NCBI GenBank assembly: GCA_046734335.1
Contig: JBKPRA010000122.1
Coordinates: 3,901 to 67,900, forward strand
Direction of reading: 5' to 3'
Source of the DNA: Actinomycetota bacterium
GTDB taxonomy: Bacteria > Actinomycetota > Thermoleophilia > Gaiellales > Gaiellaceae
Length of the DNA stretch: 64,000 nt
This document shows positions 44,112 through 53,313 of this stretch, in pieces. Position 1 is the first letter of the stretch; the number at the start of each line of letters is the position of its first letter. The notes below the pieces were generated by a model, which did not search any database, had not been told where the DNA came from, and was given only the letters and a program-made list of their open reading frames with translations. A program made the translations under genes and the position numbers.

Positions 44112-45101
44112 GTGAAACGCGTTCGCTTCGCACCGAGCCCGACCGGGACGCTGCACGTCGGGAACGCCTTGTCGGCGGTCGCCACCCGCGACTTCGGGGA
44201 CTGGTTCCTGCTGCGAATCGACGACACCGACGCCACCCGGAACGTTCCGGGCGGCGAGGAGGCGATTCTCCGCGATCTCGAGTGGCTCGGTGTCGAGTGG
44301 GACGAGGGGCCGGTGCGGCAGTCGGAGCGGGGCGAGCGATATCGCGAGGCTGCAGAGCAGCTTGGAGTGACGCGGTTCGACGGGATCACGCTCGTACGCG
44401 AGGACGGCTCCGCGACCTACCAGCTCGCGTCCGTCGTCGACGACGTCGACTTCGGGATCACCCACGTGATCCGCGGCAACGATCATCGCCCGAACGAGGC
44501 GATCCATCGGAGGCTGCACGAGGCGCTGGGGGCCCGGCCGCCGGAGTACCTCCACCACGGGCTGATCCTCGGCGACGACGGGAAGAAGCTTTCGAAGCGG
44601 GCTGAGGGCGCGACGGTCGCCTCCCTGCGGGACGAGGGCATTCCGGCCGAGGCCGTGCGCGCGTACCTGGAGGAGCTCGGTCTACCGCGGCACGACGTGC
44701 GTCTCGACCTGCCGCGCATCCGCAGGCTGGCGATCCAGGCGATCGAGGCGCTGCCGGAGGAGGAGCTGGCGCGGCGAGTCGGCGCGGAGCTGGGGTACGT
44801 GCCGGTGATGCGCGGCGCGCGCGACCTGGTCGAGGCGCTTGCCTATGCGGAGCAGGTCGCGGAGCCGCTGCCGTACGCGGCGACCGACGTCGAAACGCTG
44901 GCCCGCTTCCGCGAGCTCGCGGCGTTGCCTCCACGCGACCTCGTCCGCGAGCTCCGCGCGGCGGGCGGCAACCTGAAGGAGCTGCGGCTGGCGCTTACCG
45001 GGCGTCCCACCGGTCCCGAGCTCTCCGCGATACTGGCTGCACTGCCGAAGGAGGAAGCACTGCGCCGTGTCGATCAGGCTCTACAGCACGCTCAGCCGTA
45101 G
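44112..45101 (+). CDS. gltX: glutamyl-tRNA synthetase-like protein, unusually short (329 aa)
   Basis: RFAPSPTGTLHVGNA (HIGH), RIDDTDATR, GSATYQLASVVDDVDFGITHVIRG, KLSKR (KMSKS), and the C-terminal LRLALTGRPTGPELSAILAALPKEEALRRV. The region between YREAAEQL and VTRFDG is much shorter than in canonical GluRS. Confidence 0.65.
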   Translation: MKRVRFAPSPTGTLHVGNALSAVATRDFGDWFLLRIDDTDATRNVPGGEEAILRDLEWLGVEWDEGPVRQSERGERYREAAEQLGVTRFDGITLVREDGSATYQLASVVDDVDFGITHVIRGNDHRPNEAIHRRLHEALGARPPEYLHHGLILGDDGKKLSKRAEGATVASLRDEGIPAEAVRAYLEELGLPRHDVRLDLPRIRRLAIQAIEALPEEELARRVGAELGYVPVMRGARDLVEALAYAEQVAEPLPYAATDVETLARFRELAALPPRDLVRELRAAGGNLKELRLALTGRPTGPELSAILAALPKEEALRRVDQALQHAQP

Positions 45102-46347
45102 GCTCGAGGAGCTCCCGGAGCCGCCGGGGCCGATCCGTATGTACGTCTGCGGCTCGACTGTCTACCAGCGCATCCACGTCGGCAACTCGCGGCCGTTCGT
45201 GCTCGCGATGTGGCTGCGCCGCTGGCTGCGGACGCGCGGCTACGACGTCACGCTCGTCCACAACATCACCGACGTGGACGACAAGGTTTACGAGGAGGCG
45301 GCGAAGCTCGGCAAGGGCAGTCGCGAACTGGCCGAAGAGGCTACCCGGTGGTTCCTCCAGGACACCGACGACCTCGGGCTCGGCCGGCCGGACGTCGAGC
45401 CGCGCGCGAGCGAGACGATCCCCGAGATTCACGCATTCATCCGGGCGCTGATCGACGACGGGCTCGCGTACGAGTCGCAAGGCGACGTTTACTTCCGCGT
45501 CGCGCGGTACCCGGACTACGGGCAGCTTTCCGGTGCGCAGCCGGACGACATGGTCGCGCAGGAGCCCAATCCGCTGAAGGAGGATCCGCGCGACTTCGCG
45601 CTCTGGAAGTCGCAGAAGCCGCACGAGGACGCAGCCTGGGACTCACCGTGGGGGCCGGGGCGTCCCGGCTGGCACATCGAGTGCTCTGCCATGGCCGAGA
45701 AGCACCTCGGGCCGGAGTTCGAGATCCACGGCGGCGGGCTCGACCTGCGCTTCCCGCACCACGAGAACGAGCTCGCTCAGTCGCGGTCGCGCGGCTATCC
45801 GTTCGCGCGCGTCTGGCTGCACAATGGGATGCTCGAGCTCGGCGACGAGAAGATGTCGAAGTCGCTCGGGAACGTGATCACGCTGCGGAACGTGCTCGAC
45901 ACGTGGGGCCGCGAGGTTCTGCTGCTCTACCACCTCAGCGGACACTGGCGAAAGCCGGTCGACTTCACCGACGCTGCACTCGAGAGCGCCCGGACGCAGC
46001 TCGCCGGGTTCCGGGAGACGCTGGTCATGCCGGCGCAAACCGTCGGCGACTGGAACGCTCTCGAGGAGGCACTCGCCGACGATTTCAACACGCCCGCGGT
46101 GCTTGCCCTGCTGCACGCCTGGGCCGCGGGCGGCGCGCGCGACGAGCTCGCCCGTGGTCTCGACCTCTTCGGTATCGGCACGACGTTCGATGTACCGCCC
46201 GAGCTCGAGCAGCTCCGTGCGCGGCGGGAGGACGCGCGCTCCGTGAAGGACTGGGCGAGCGCCGACGCGGCGCGAGCCGAGATCGAGGCGGCTGGCTGGG
46301 CCGTGACCGACCATCCGGGCGGTACGGCGATCTGGCCGCGGCCGTGA
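45067..46347 (+). CDS. cysS: cysteinyl-tRNA synthetase
   Basis: IRLYSTLSRRLEELPEPPGPIRMYVCGSTVYQRIHVGN (HIGH), WHIECSAM and KMSKSLGN. The GTG start overlaps the gltX-like gene by 35 nt. Confidence 0.9.
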   Translation: MSIRLYSTLSRRLEELPEPPGPIRMYVCGSTVYQRIHVGNSRPFVLAMWLRRWLRTRGYDVTLVHNITDVDDKVYEEAAKLGKGSRELAEEATRWFLQDTDDLGLGRPDVEPRASETIPEIHAFIRALIDDGLAYESQGDVYFRVARYPDYGQLSGAQPDDMVAQEPNPLKEDPRDFALWKSQKPHEDAAWDSPWGPGRPGWHIECSAMAEKHLGPEFEIHGGGLDLRFPHHENELAQSRSRGYPFARVWLHNGMLELGDEKMSKSLGNVITLRNVLDTWGREVLLLYHLSGHWRKPVDFTDAALESARTQLAGFRETLVMPAQTVGDWNALEEALADDFNTPAVLALLHAWAAGGARDELARGLDLFGIGTTFDVPPELEQLRARREDARSVKDWASADAARAEIEAAGWAVTDHPGGTAIWPRP

Positions 46348-47051
46348 CGACGGAGCTCGTCTACGGGCGGCGTGCCGTTCGGGAGGCGCTACACGGGCGG
46401 CGGGAGGTGGTCGAGCTGCTGGCCACCGAGCGCGCCGCGCGAGACGGATGGGGGCGCAAGCCCAAGGTCGTTCCCGAGAGAACGCTGACCGAGCTTGCGG
46501 GCACACGCGACCACCAGGGCGTGGTTGCACGCGTCGAGCCCTTTCGATATGCGGACGCGTACGAGCTAGCCGTCGGCGAGCCGCTGCTCGTCGCGCTCGA
46601 CCAGGTGACCGATCCGCGGAATCTGGGCGCGGTGATCCGCTCCGCAGAGGGTGCGGGTGCGACCGGCGTGATCCTGCCGGCGCACAACTCCGCACGGGTG
46701 ACGCCTGCGGTCGCACGCTCGTCTGCAGGTGCGGTCGAGCACCTGCCGGTGGCGGTCGTGCCGAACCTGGCCCGCTACCTGAACGAGGTGAAGGGGTCGC
46801 GGCTCTGGGTCTACGCCGCCGATGCCGGCGGACAGCCCATGGCCGACACCGACCTGTCGGGGGGACTGTTCCTGGTCTTCGGAGCCGAGGGGAAGGGGAT
46901 CCGGCCGCTCGTCCGGCGAGCCTGCGACGCCAGCGTGTCGATTCCGCTGTCCGGGCGGGTCGAGTCGCTGAACGTCTCGGTCGCCGCCGCGGTGCTGCTC
47001 TACGAGGCGCAGAGGCAGCGCAGTGCCGTGGGCTCGAGGGAGGCACAATGA
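46344..47051 (+). CDS. rlmB: 23S rRNA (guanosine-2'-O)-methyltransferase RlmB (SpoU/TrmH family)
   Basis: LVYGRRAVREAL..., LDQVTDPRNLGAVIRSAEGAGATGVIL and GAEGKGIRPLV...IPLSGRVESLNVSVAAAVLLYE. GTG 46344 overlaps the cysS stop (GTGA). Confidence 0.85.
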   Translation: MTTELVYGRRAVREALHGRREVVELLATERAARDGWGRKPKVVPERTLTELAGTRDHQGVVARVEPFRYADAYELAVGEPLLVALDQVTDPRNLGAVIRSAEGAGATGVILPAHNSARVTPAVARSSAGAVEHLPVAVVPNLARYLNEVKGSRLWVYAADAGGQPMADTDLSGGLFLVFGAEGKGIRPLVRRACDASVSIPLSGRVESLNVSVAAAVLLYEAQRQRSAVGSREAQ

Positions 47052-47090
47052 AGCAGAGGCGCCGACCCGGGCGGCGCCGGAGCAACAACG

Positions 47091-47528
47091 TTGCCTGACA
47101 CCACGCTCTATCTCTTCGACGGCTACAACCTGCTTCACGCGGGCGGATACGGCGACGTCCGCGAACTCGTGGACAGACTCGCGAGCTTCGTCGCCCAGGC
47201 CGGCGCGCGGGGCATCGTCGTCTTCGACGGGCACGGCCAGGATCTCGAGCGCGGTCCGCTGTCGGTGCGGTACGCGCCGCATGCGGACACGATGCTGGAA
47301 CGGCTTGCGGCCGAGCATCGCGGGCAGGAGCAGGTCTGTCTCGTCTCGTCCGACCTCGCCGTCCGCGGCACATCGGGAGTGGAGGTGCGCAAGCTCTCCT
47401 CGAAGACCTTCGTGCGCGACCTCGGCTCGACCGAGCACTCCGAAAGGGCGCAGCTGCGCCTCGGTGAGCGCCTCGACGAGGAAACGCGGGCGAAGCTTGA
47501 AAAGCTGCGCAGAGGGCAAGAGACTTAG
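47091..47528 (+). CDS. yacP: NYN-domain ribonuclease YacP/Rae1-like
   Basis: LYLFDGYNLLHA..., IVVFDG, VSSD and the C-terminal ..KLEKLRRG match B. subtilis YacP, as does the position between rlmB and sigH. TTG start. Confidence 0.7.
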   Translation: MPDTTLYLFDGYNLLHAGGYGDVRELVDRLASFVAQAGARGIVVFDGHGQDLERGPLSVRYAPHADTMLERLAAEHRGQEQVCLVSSDLAVRGTSGVEVRKLSSKTFVRDLGSTEHSERAQLRLGERLDEETRAKLEKLRRGQET

Positions 47529-47552
47529 CGAGCGGAAAAAATGCAAAACCTC

Positions 47553-47581
47553 TTGTAACTTCTGCGAGAGGGTGCTATGTT
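47553..47581 (+). promoter_or_regulatory. candidate promoter of the sigH-like gene (TTGTAA-N17-TATGTT)
   Basis: Hexamers at 47553-47558 and 47576-47581 in the AT-richer spacer. This implies a leader of about 65 nt containing an imperfect hairpin cctcaacc/ggtgagg and the SD GGAG. Confidence 0.35.
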
Positions 47582-47649
47582 CCGCCTCAACCTGAGGGTG
47601 AGGCTTACGTCGTCACACCCGATTCTGCCCCAGATCCCAGGAGACTCCA

Positions 47650-48315
47650 ATGCCCGCACGCGCCGCAACCGCAGTCCGGACACAGCAGAAGTCTCAACGT
47701 GAGCTAGAGGATTTGCAGTTGGTCATGCGCGTCCACAACGGCGACGAGCGCGCCCGCGAGACGCTGATCCAGCGATACACCGGCTTCGTGCGAATGAAGG
47801 CCAGCTCGTACTTCATCGCCGGCGGCGAGCCGGAGGACCTGGTGCAGGAGGGGCTGATCGGCCTATGCAAGGCGATGCGCGATTTTCGCGCCGACAAGGA
47901 GACGTCGTTTCGCTCGTTCGCCGAACTGTGCGTGACCCGGCAGATCATCACCGCGATCAAGACGGCCACGCGCTACAAGCACGCGCCGCTGAACACCTAC
48001 GTGTCGTTCTCGCAGACGCCGGCCGGGCAGGACCCCGACTCCGACGTGACCCTCGGCGACGCGCTTCCAGGCTCCCACGTGAACGACCCCTCGGTGGCGG
48101 TGATCTCGACCGACGAGCTGAAGTCGCTCGTCTTCTGTCTCGGCACCGGTCTCTCGCCGCTCGAGGCCGATGCTCTTCGGATGTACCTCGAGGGCTCGTC
48201 CTACGAGGACATGGCGGATCTGCTGGGCTGCGACACGAAGGCGATCGACAACGCCCTCCAGCGCGTCAAGCGGAAGATCCTGCAGCACCAACGCGCACGC
48301 GAAGTCCTGCAGTAA
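47650..48315 (+). CDS. sigma-70 family sigma factor closely resembling Bacillus SigH (Spo0H)
   Basis: DLVQEGLIGLCKAMRDFRADKETSFRSFAELCVTRQIITAIKTATRYKHAPLN and KAIDNALQRVKRKI closely match my recollection of B. subtilis SigH regions 2 and 4. Confidence 0.8.
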   Translation: MPARAATAVRTQQKSQRELEDLQLVMRVHNGDERARETLIQRYTGFVRMKASSYFIAGGEPEDLVQEGLIGLCKAMRDFRADKETSFRSFAELCVTRQIITAIKTATRYKHAPLNTYVSFSQTPAGQDPDSDVTLGDALPGSHVNDPSVAVISTDELKSLVFCLGTGLSPLEADALRMYLEGSSYEDMADLLGCDTKAIDNALQRVKRKILQHQRAREVLQ

Positions 48316-48338
48316 CGCGCGTACCATTGAGGCTGAGC

Positions 48339-48411
48339 GCCGGAGTAGCTCAGTTGGTAGAGCAGCTGATTTGTAATCAGCAGGCCGTGGGTTCGAGTCC
48401 CTCCTCCGGCT
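48339..48411 (+). tRNA. tRNA-Thr (anticodon UGU)
   Basis: Hand-folded cloverleaf: acceptor GCCGGAG/CTCCGGC, D arm GCTC-agttggta-GAGC, anticodon arm GCTGA-ttTGTaa-TCAGC, and T arm GTGGG-ttcgagt-CCCTC with one U-U mismatch. No CCA is encoded. Confidence 0.8.
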
Positions 48412-49376
48412 TAGGCTGAAGCGAGCGCCTGCTCGAGGTCGGCCCAGAGCTCGTCGGCGTCTTCGAGGCCGACCGACAGGCGCAGGAGCCCGACGGGCAC
48501 ACGGTCCCCTTCCCAGCGGTGCCGTGACTCCATCGTCGACTCGACGCCGCCGAGCGAGGTCGCGTTCTTGATCGAGTGCAGCGCGCGTTCGACCGGCAGC
48601 GGGTCGCCGGGAACGTCGAACGAGAGGAGTCCGCCGAAGCCGGGGTAGCGGACGTTCTCGACCGCAGAATGACCACGCAGGCGCTCGGCGAGCACGGTTG
48701 CGGTACCGGTTTGTCGTTCGACCCTCACACGCAGGGTCTTGAGCCCGCGCGTGACCAGCGCCGCGACGTCCGCGGCGCAGGCGGGGCCGGTGCGTTGTCG
48801 GAATTGCCAGAGCCGCCGGTGGTCGGCGGCGTCGCGCGAGATGATCGCGCCTGCGAGCGCGTCCGAGTGGCCGGCGAGGTACTTCGTAGCCGAGTGAAGG
48901 ACGAAGTCGGCACCGTGGTCGAGCGGGCGCAGAAAGACGGGCGTCGCGGCGGTCGAGTCGACGACGACCCGCGCCGGATGCGCTGTGGCGGCCTCGAGGT
49001 CGGGCATCGTCAGGAATGGGTTCGACGGCGCCTCCAGCCAGATCAGGTCGATCCCGTCGGGCGGCGGCCGGGTCTGATCGAACTCGATCGTGTTCAGGCC
49101 CCACCGGCCGAGCTCCTCTCGCATCATCACCCCGGTGCCGAAGTAACAGCCCTCCGCGAGCGCGACGGTCCTTCCGGGCTCGAGCAGGGCCAGTAGCAGA
49201 GCCAAGGTCGCCGCGGAGCCGGAGGAGAACAGCAGCGCCTGACCGTCCGGCGCACCTTCGAGCGCGGCCAGCGTCCGCTCGGTCTCGGCCCCGGTCGGGT
49301 GCGCATAGCGTGAGTAGAGGAACTCGCCGGGCTCGCCGTCCGCGTAGGGCCAGATAGTGGAGCGGTCGACGCTCAT
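48411..49376 (-). CDS. Cys/Met-metabolism PLP-dependent enzyme (cystathionine gamma-synthase/beta-lyase family, short)
   Basis: The SATKYLAGHSD PLP-lysine motif and family-like sequence throughout; 321 aa. ATGA overlap with the upstream MFS gene. Confidence 0.75.
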   Translation of the reverse strand: MSVDRSTIWPYADGEPGEFLYSRYAHPTGAETERTLAALEGAPDGQALLFSSGSAATLALLLALLEPGRTVALAEGCYFGTGVMMREELGRWGLNTIEFDQTRPPPDGIDLIWLEAPSNPFLTMPDLEAATAHPARVVVDSTAATPVFLRPLDHGADFVLHSATKYLAGHSDALAGAIISRDAADHRRLWQFRQRTGPACAADVAALVTRGLKTLRVRVERQTGTATVLAERLRGHSAVENVRYPGFGGLLSFDVPGDPLPVERALHSIKNATSLGGVESTMESRHRWEGDRVPVGLLRLSVGLEDADELWADLEQALASA

Positions 49377-50617
49377 CCGGCGAGACTACCGGCGGGCTCC
49401 GGCCGCAGGTCCTCCAGTTTCCCCATCCGCGCCAATTCGGGGAAGACCCTGATCGACGCCAATGCGATCCCGATCGTGGCGACGCCGCCGGCGACGACCG
49501 TCGCCACCGTGCCGATCAGCGCGGCGACCGCTCCCGACTCGAACGCGCCGAGCTCATTGGAGGCGGAGATGAACACCATCTCGACTGCGCCAACTCGCCC
49601 CCGCAGTTCATTCGGCGTGACGAGTGCGACCGTCGTCGAGCGGATGTTGACGCTGATCATGTCGACGAAGCCGGCGACCGCCAGCGCGACGAGTGTGATC
49701 GGCAGCAGCTTCGAAAGGCCCCAGACGATGTTGGCAGCGCCGAAGAGCACTACCACTGCGATCAGGGTCGGGCCGGCGGCGCGGCGGAGGGGGCGCCGCG
49801 CGAGGATGAGCGCTGCGCCGAGTGCGCCGATTGCGGGCGCGGCCCGGAGCACACCGAGGCCAACCGGTCCGACATGAAGAATCTCCTGCGCGTAGATCGG
49901 CAACAGCGCCACCCCGCCGCCGACCAGCACCGCGAACAGGTCGAGGGTGATCGCCCCGAGTAGCATCCTCGTTCGCCAGACGAAGCGGATCCCGCCGACC
50001 AGGCCGGCGAGCCCGACCGAAGCGTCGCTTCGGTGGGTCTGCACGTGGAGCCCCGCCATCGAGATTCCGGCGATCGCGAAGAGCAGTGCGGCCGCCGCGT
50101 AGACCGCCTCGGGCTGCCAGGCGAAGAGGAGCCCGCCGACCGCAGGCCCCGCGATCACGGCGATCTGCCCGGCGATGGAGCGGAGCGCGACCGCTCCGGG
50201 CACCAGGTCGGGTGGAACCACCTCGGGCGTGAGCGCCTGGTACGCGGGCCAGCCGAGCGCGCTCGCAGCGCCGGTCAGCGCCGCCAGCACGAAGTACGGC
50301 CAGACCACCTGCGCGTCCGCGATGGTGACCGCCAGCAGTGCGCCGGCCACGGCGACCATGACTGCCAGGGCCAGGGCGGCGACGAGCCGGCGCGGCAGCC
50401 GGTCGGCCAGATGGCCCGCCGGCAGAGCGAGGACCAGCAACGGCACGAACTCGGCGAGGCCGATCAGGCCGAGGTCGAGTGGATTCTTGCGGATCGAGAA
50501 GACCTGCCAGCCGACCGCGACCGCGACCATGTTCTCGGCGAAGCGCATGGAGAAGATCGCCGACCAGAGGAACCGGAAGTCGCGCTCCTGGAGCGCCGGT
50601 GGCAGTCGCTGCCGCAT
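49373..50617 (-). CDS. MFS transporter
   Basis: 414 aa with about 12 hydrophobic segments. The N-terminus [21 protein letters not shown] is typical of enterobactin-exporter-like MFS proteins. A TAGGTT box lies 6 nt upstream of the ATG. Confidence 0.8.
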   Translation of the reverse strand: MRQRLPPALQERDFRFLWSAIFSMRFAENMVAVAVGWQVFSIRKNPLDLGLIGLAEFVPLLVLALPAGHLADRLPRRLVAALALAVMVAVAGALLAVTIADAQVVWPYFVLAALTGAASALGWPAYQALTPEVVPPDLVPGAVALRSIAGQIAVIAGPAVGGLLFAWQPEAVYAAAALLFAIAGISMAGLHVQTHRSDASVGLAGLVGGIRFVWRTRMLLGAITLDLFAVLVGGGVALLPIYAQEILHVGPVGLGVLRAAPAIGALGAALILARRPLRRAAGPTLIAVVVLFGAANIVWGLSKLLPITLVALAVAGFVDMISVNIRSTTVALVTPNELRGRVGAVEMVFISASNELGAFESGAVAALIGTVATVVAGGVATIGIALASIRVFPELARMGKLEDLRPEPAGSLAG

Positions 50618-50643
50618 CGGGCGAACCTAGCAGCGGTCGCCGT

Positions 50644-50649
50644 TAGGCT
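50644..50649 (+). promoter_or_regulatory. -10-like box TAGGCT, 7 nt upstream of the carboxyltransferase GTG
   Basis: gttaggctcttgcccGTGgac. The divergent MFS gene has TAGGTT (50624-50629, minus strand) 6 nt from its ATG. Confidence 0.4.
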
Positions 50650-50656
50650 CTTGCCC

Positions 50657-52219
50657 GTGGACGAGACCACCGCCAAGAAGATCGCGCGCATGCAGGCACT
50701 GCGCGACGACGCGCTCCACCAGGGCAGTCCCAAGGCGGTCGCGAGCCGGCGCGGGAGCGGTCGGCTGCTCGCCCGCGAGCGCCTGATCAACCTGCTCGAC
50801 CCGGGTTCCTTCGTGGAACTCGACCGCTACGTCCGCCATCGCGAGGTCGAGTTCGGGATGCGCGAGAAGCGGCCGTGGGGGGACGCGGTCGTGACCGGCT
50901 ACGGCACGATCTTCGATCGCAAGGTCTTCGTCTTCTCGCAGGACTTCACGATCTTCGGCGGGTCGCTGAGCGAGGTCTTCGCCGAGAAGATCTGCAAGGT
51001 CATGGACCTGGCCGTCAAGCTCGGCTGCCCGGTGATCGGGATCAACGACTCGGGCGGCGCGCGGATACAGGAGGGTGTCGTGTCGCTGGCCGGGTACGCG
51101 GAGATCTTCTGGCGGAACGTGCAGGCATCGGGGGTGGTACCACAGCTCTCGCTGGTGATGGGGCCGTGCGCGGGGGGCGCCGTCTACTCGCCCGCGATCA
51201 CCGACTTCGTGTTCATGGTCGAGGGCTCGTCGTACATGTTCATCACCGGGCCCGATGTGGTGAAGACCGTCACCGGCGAGGAGGTGACGTTCGAGGATCT
51301 CGGGGGCGCGGCCGCACACGCGACCAAGTCGGGGGTCGCGTCCTTCACGTCACCCGACGAAGAGGCCTGCCTCGAGGACGCGCGCTACCTGCTCTCGTTT
51401 CTCCCGCAGAACAACCTGGAGCAGCCGCCGTTCGCGGAGCCATCGGATCCCGTCGGACGCGAGGCGCCGGAGCTCGACGCTTTGATTCCGGACGAGCCGA
51501 CGAAGCCGTACGACATGAAGGAGGTGATCCGTCACGTGGTCGACGGCGGCGACTTCCTCGAGGTGCACGAGCGCTGGGCGGAGAACATCGTCTGCGGGTT
51601 CGCCCGTCTCGGCGGGCACCCCGTTGGCGTGGTCGGGAACCAGCCGCGGTCGCTCGCGGGCGTGCTGGACATCGACGCGTCGGTGAAGGCCGGGCGCTTC
51701 GTGCGCACGTGTGACGCGTTCAACGTCCCGCTCGTCACCTTCGTCGACGTGCCCGGGTTCCTGCCGGGGACGGCGCAGGAGTGGGGCGGGATCATCCGGC
51801 ATGGGGCGAAGCTGCTGTACGCGTACGCGGAGGCGACGGTGCCGAAGTTGACTGTGATCACGCGGAAGGCGTACGGCGGCGCATACGACGTGATGTCCTC
51901 CAAGCACATTCGGGCCGACTTCAACTTCGCCTGGCCGACGGCCGAGGTGGCCGTGATGGGGCCCGAGGGGGCGGTCAACATCGTCTTCCGGAAGGAGCTG
52001 GAGGGTGACGGCGACCCCGAGGTGGCTGCGCGCCGGGCGGAGCTGATCGACGACTACAAGGCGCGGTTCGCGAATCCGTACACCGCCGCCGAGCGCGGCT
52101 ACGTCGACGACGTGATCGAGCCGCGGCGGACGCGGCCTGTCTTGATCGACGCGCTGGAGACGACGCTGACGAAGCGCGAGCGCCGCCCGCCGCGCAAGCA
52201 CGGAAACATCCCCCTCTGA
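50657..52219 (+). CDS. pccB: acyl-CoA carboxylase carboxyltransferase (beta) subunit, propionyl-CoA carboxylase-like
   Basis: [55 protein letters not shown] and [13 protein letters not shown] motifs. The start is GTG 50657 (or TTG 50651). Confidence 0.9.
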   Translation: MDETTAKKIARMQALRDDALHQGSPKAVASRRGSGRLLARERLINLLDPGSFVELDRYVRHREVEFGMREKRPWGDAVVTGYGTIFDRKVFVFSQDFTIFGGSLSEVFAEKICKVMDLAVKLGCPVIGINDSGGARIQEGVVSLAGYAEIFWRNVQASGVVPQLSLVMGPCAGGAVYSPAITDFVFMVEGSSYMFITGPDVVKTVTGEEVTFEDLGGAAAHATKSGVASFTSPDEEACLEDARYLLSFLPQNNLEQPPFAEPSDPVGREAPELDALIPDEPTKPYDMKEVIRHVVDGGDFLEVHERWAENIVCGFARLGGHPVGVVGNQPRSLAGVLDIDASVKAGRFVRTCDAFNVPLVTFVDVPGFLPGTAQEWGGIIRHGAKLLYAYAEATVPKLTVITRKAYGGAYDVMSSKHIRADFNFAWPTAEVAVMGPEGAVNIVFRKELEGDGDPEVAARRAELIDDYKARFANPYTAAERGYVDDVIEPRRTRPVLIDALETTLTKRERRPPRKHGNIPL

Positions 52220-52250
52220 CGGGGCGGTCCGCGAAGGGGACTGTCCCGGA

Positions 52251-53264
52251 CTAGAGCCCTGCCTCGGCGATCGGGCGCCGGGCCCACGCGAAGCGGCTCG
52301 AGTACCAGTCCGACGTCAGCGGTGAGAGCGCAACTCCCTGGTCGGAGGACTGGATGAACCAGCCGCTGCCGAGGTAGATGCCCATGTGGTTGATCTGGGC
52401 AGGCTTCGACCTCGGGCCGGCTGCCCCGAAGAACAGCAGGTCGCCAGGCTGGACTTTCGCCAGTGGGATCCGCCTGGCCGGCGGCACCTCGCCCGCCATC
52501 GCGTACGTCGTCCGGCCGCGCAGGACACCCGGCAGAGTCACAGCGCCGACGTAGGACTGCAGTTTGTAAACGCGCCAGACAAAGCCCGAGCAGTCGAAGC
52601 CGGCCGGGACCTCCGTGCCCGTGCCGAAGGGGTCCTGCGGCGACTCGCTCGTCCCACCCCAGACGTAGGGGTAGCCCACGAACGAGACGGCGGTCTGGAG
52701 CACCGAGCGCTGGAGCCCGGCGAGCGGGGCCGGCCTGAAGGTCGCGGCCAGGGACGTGACGGCGTCGAGATCGCCGGTGTGGAGGACGAGGATCCGCGCG
52801 GCGGAGTAGGCGGCTTCTGCCCTCGTCGCCACGCTGTCGGGCCCGAGCTCGAGGAAGTCCTGGGCGGCGGGATGATTGACGCGCAGCCCGAGCAGCCGCG
52901 CAACCGTCTCGGTCCCGAACGCACGTGTCGGTACCAGGCCGGCCGCCCGGATCGACGCGGTGAACTGGCGCGCGACGGGTAGGAGCCCCAGCCCGCCGAC
53001 GAGCTGGGCGTCGAGCTGGGCGATCGTGACCGGCACCGTCGGGTTGGCGACCGGAGCCTGCTGCTTCCCGGTCAACCCGCCGACGAGGTCGCCGAGCTCG
53101 CCGGCGGTCAGGGCGTCGTCCGGCCGGAAGGCGGCTGCCTTCCCTCCCATCAGCCCGCGCGCGGTGACGACCTTGATCTGCGGCTGCGCCCACGAGGTCG
53201 CCGCCGACGCCGGGGCGGCGAGGACGAGCCCGAGGACGGCACAGGCGAGGGCGCGGCGGATCAT
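52251..53264 (-). CDS. secreted NlpC/P60 (C40) cell-wall peptidase
   Basis: Signal peptide MIRRALACAVLGLVLAAPASA. The C-terminal YVWGGTSE..GFDCSGFVWRVY...HMGIYLG matches the catalytic Cys/His pattern. Confidence 0.8.
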   Translation of the reverse strand: MIRRALACAVLGLVLAAPASAATSWAQPQIKVVTARGLMGGKAAAFRPDDALTAGELGDLVGGLTGKQQAPVANPTVPVTIAQLDAQLVGGLGLLPVARQFTASIRAAGLVPTRAFGTETVARLLGLRVNHPAAQDFLELGPDSVATRAEAAYSAARILVLHTGDLDAVTSLAATFRPAPLAGLQRSVLQTAVSFVGYPYVWGGTSESPQDPFGTGTEVPAGFDCSGFVWRVYKLQSYVGAVTLPGVLRGRTTYAMAGEVPPARRIPLAKVQPGDLLFFGAAGPRSKPAQINHMGIYLGSGWFIQSSDQGVALSPLTSDWYSSRFAWARRPIAEAGL

Positions 53265-53313
53265 CCCTCTGTGTTTCGTCCGTCGGCCGATGCTCCTTTA
53301 GGCTGAACCGGCC

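Noticed and set aside
48387-48403. Possibility that the tRNA is a pseudogene because of a U-U mismatch in the T stem.
   Set aside because: All other arms are perfect, the T-loop (TTCGAGT) and D-loop are canonical, and a single mismatch is tolerated in many genuine tRNAs. tRNAscan-SE would confirm.
48339-48417. The tRNA-Thr as an integration hotspot or mobile-element boundary. Also the TAGGCT hexamer immediately after the tRNA (48412-48417) as another promoter box.
   Set aside because: There is no integrase, no direct repeat of the tRNA 3' end, and no atypical composition nearby. The TAGGCT has no downstream plus-strand gene and simply contains the TAA stop (antisense) of the PLP enzyme gene, which is a reminder that the hexamer also occurs by chance.
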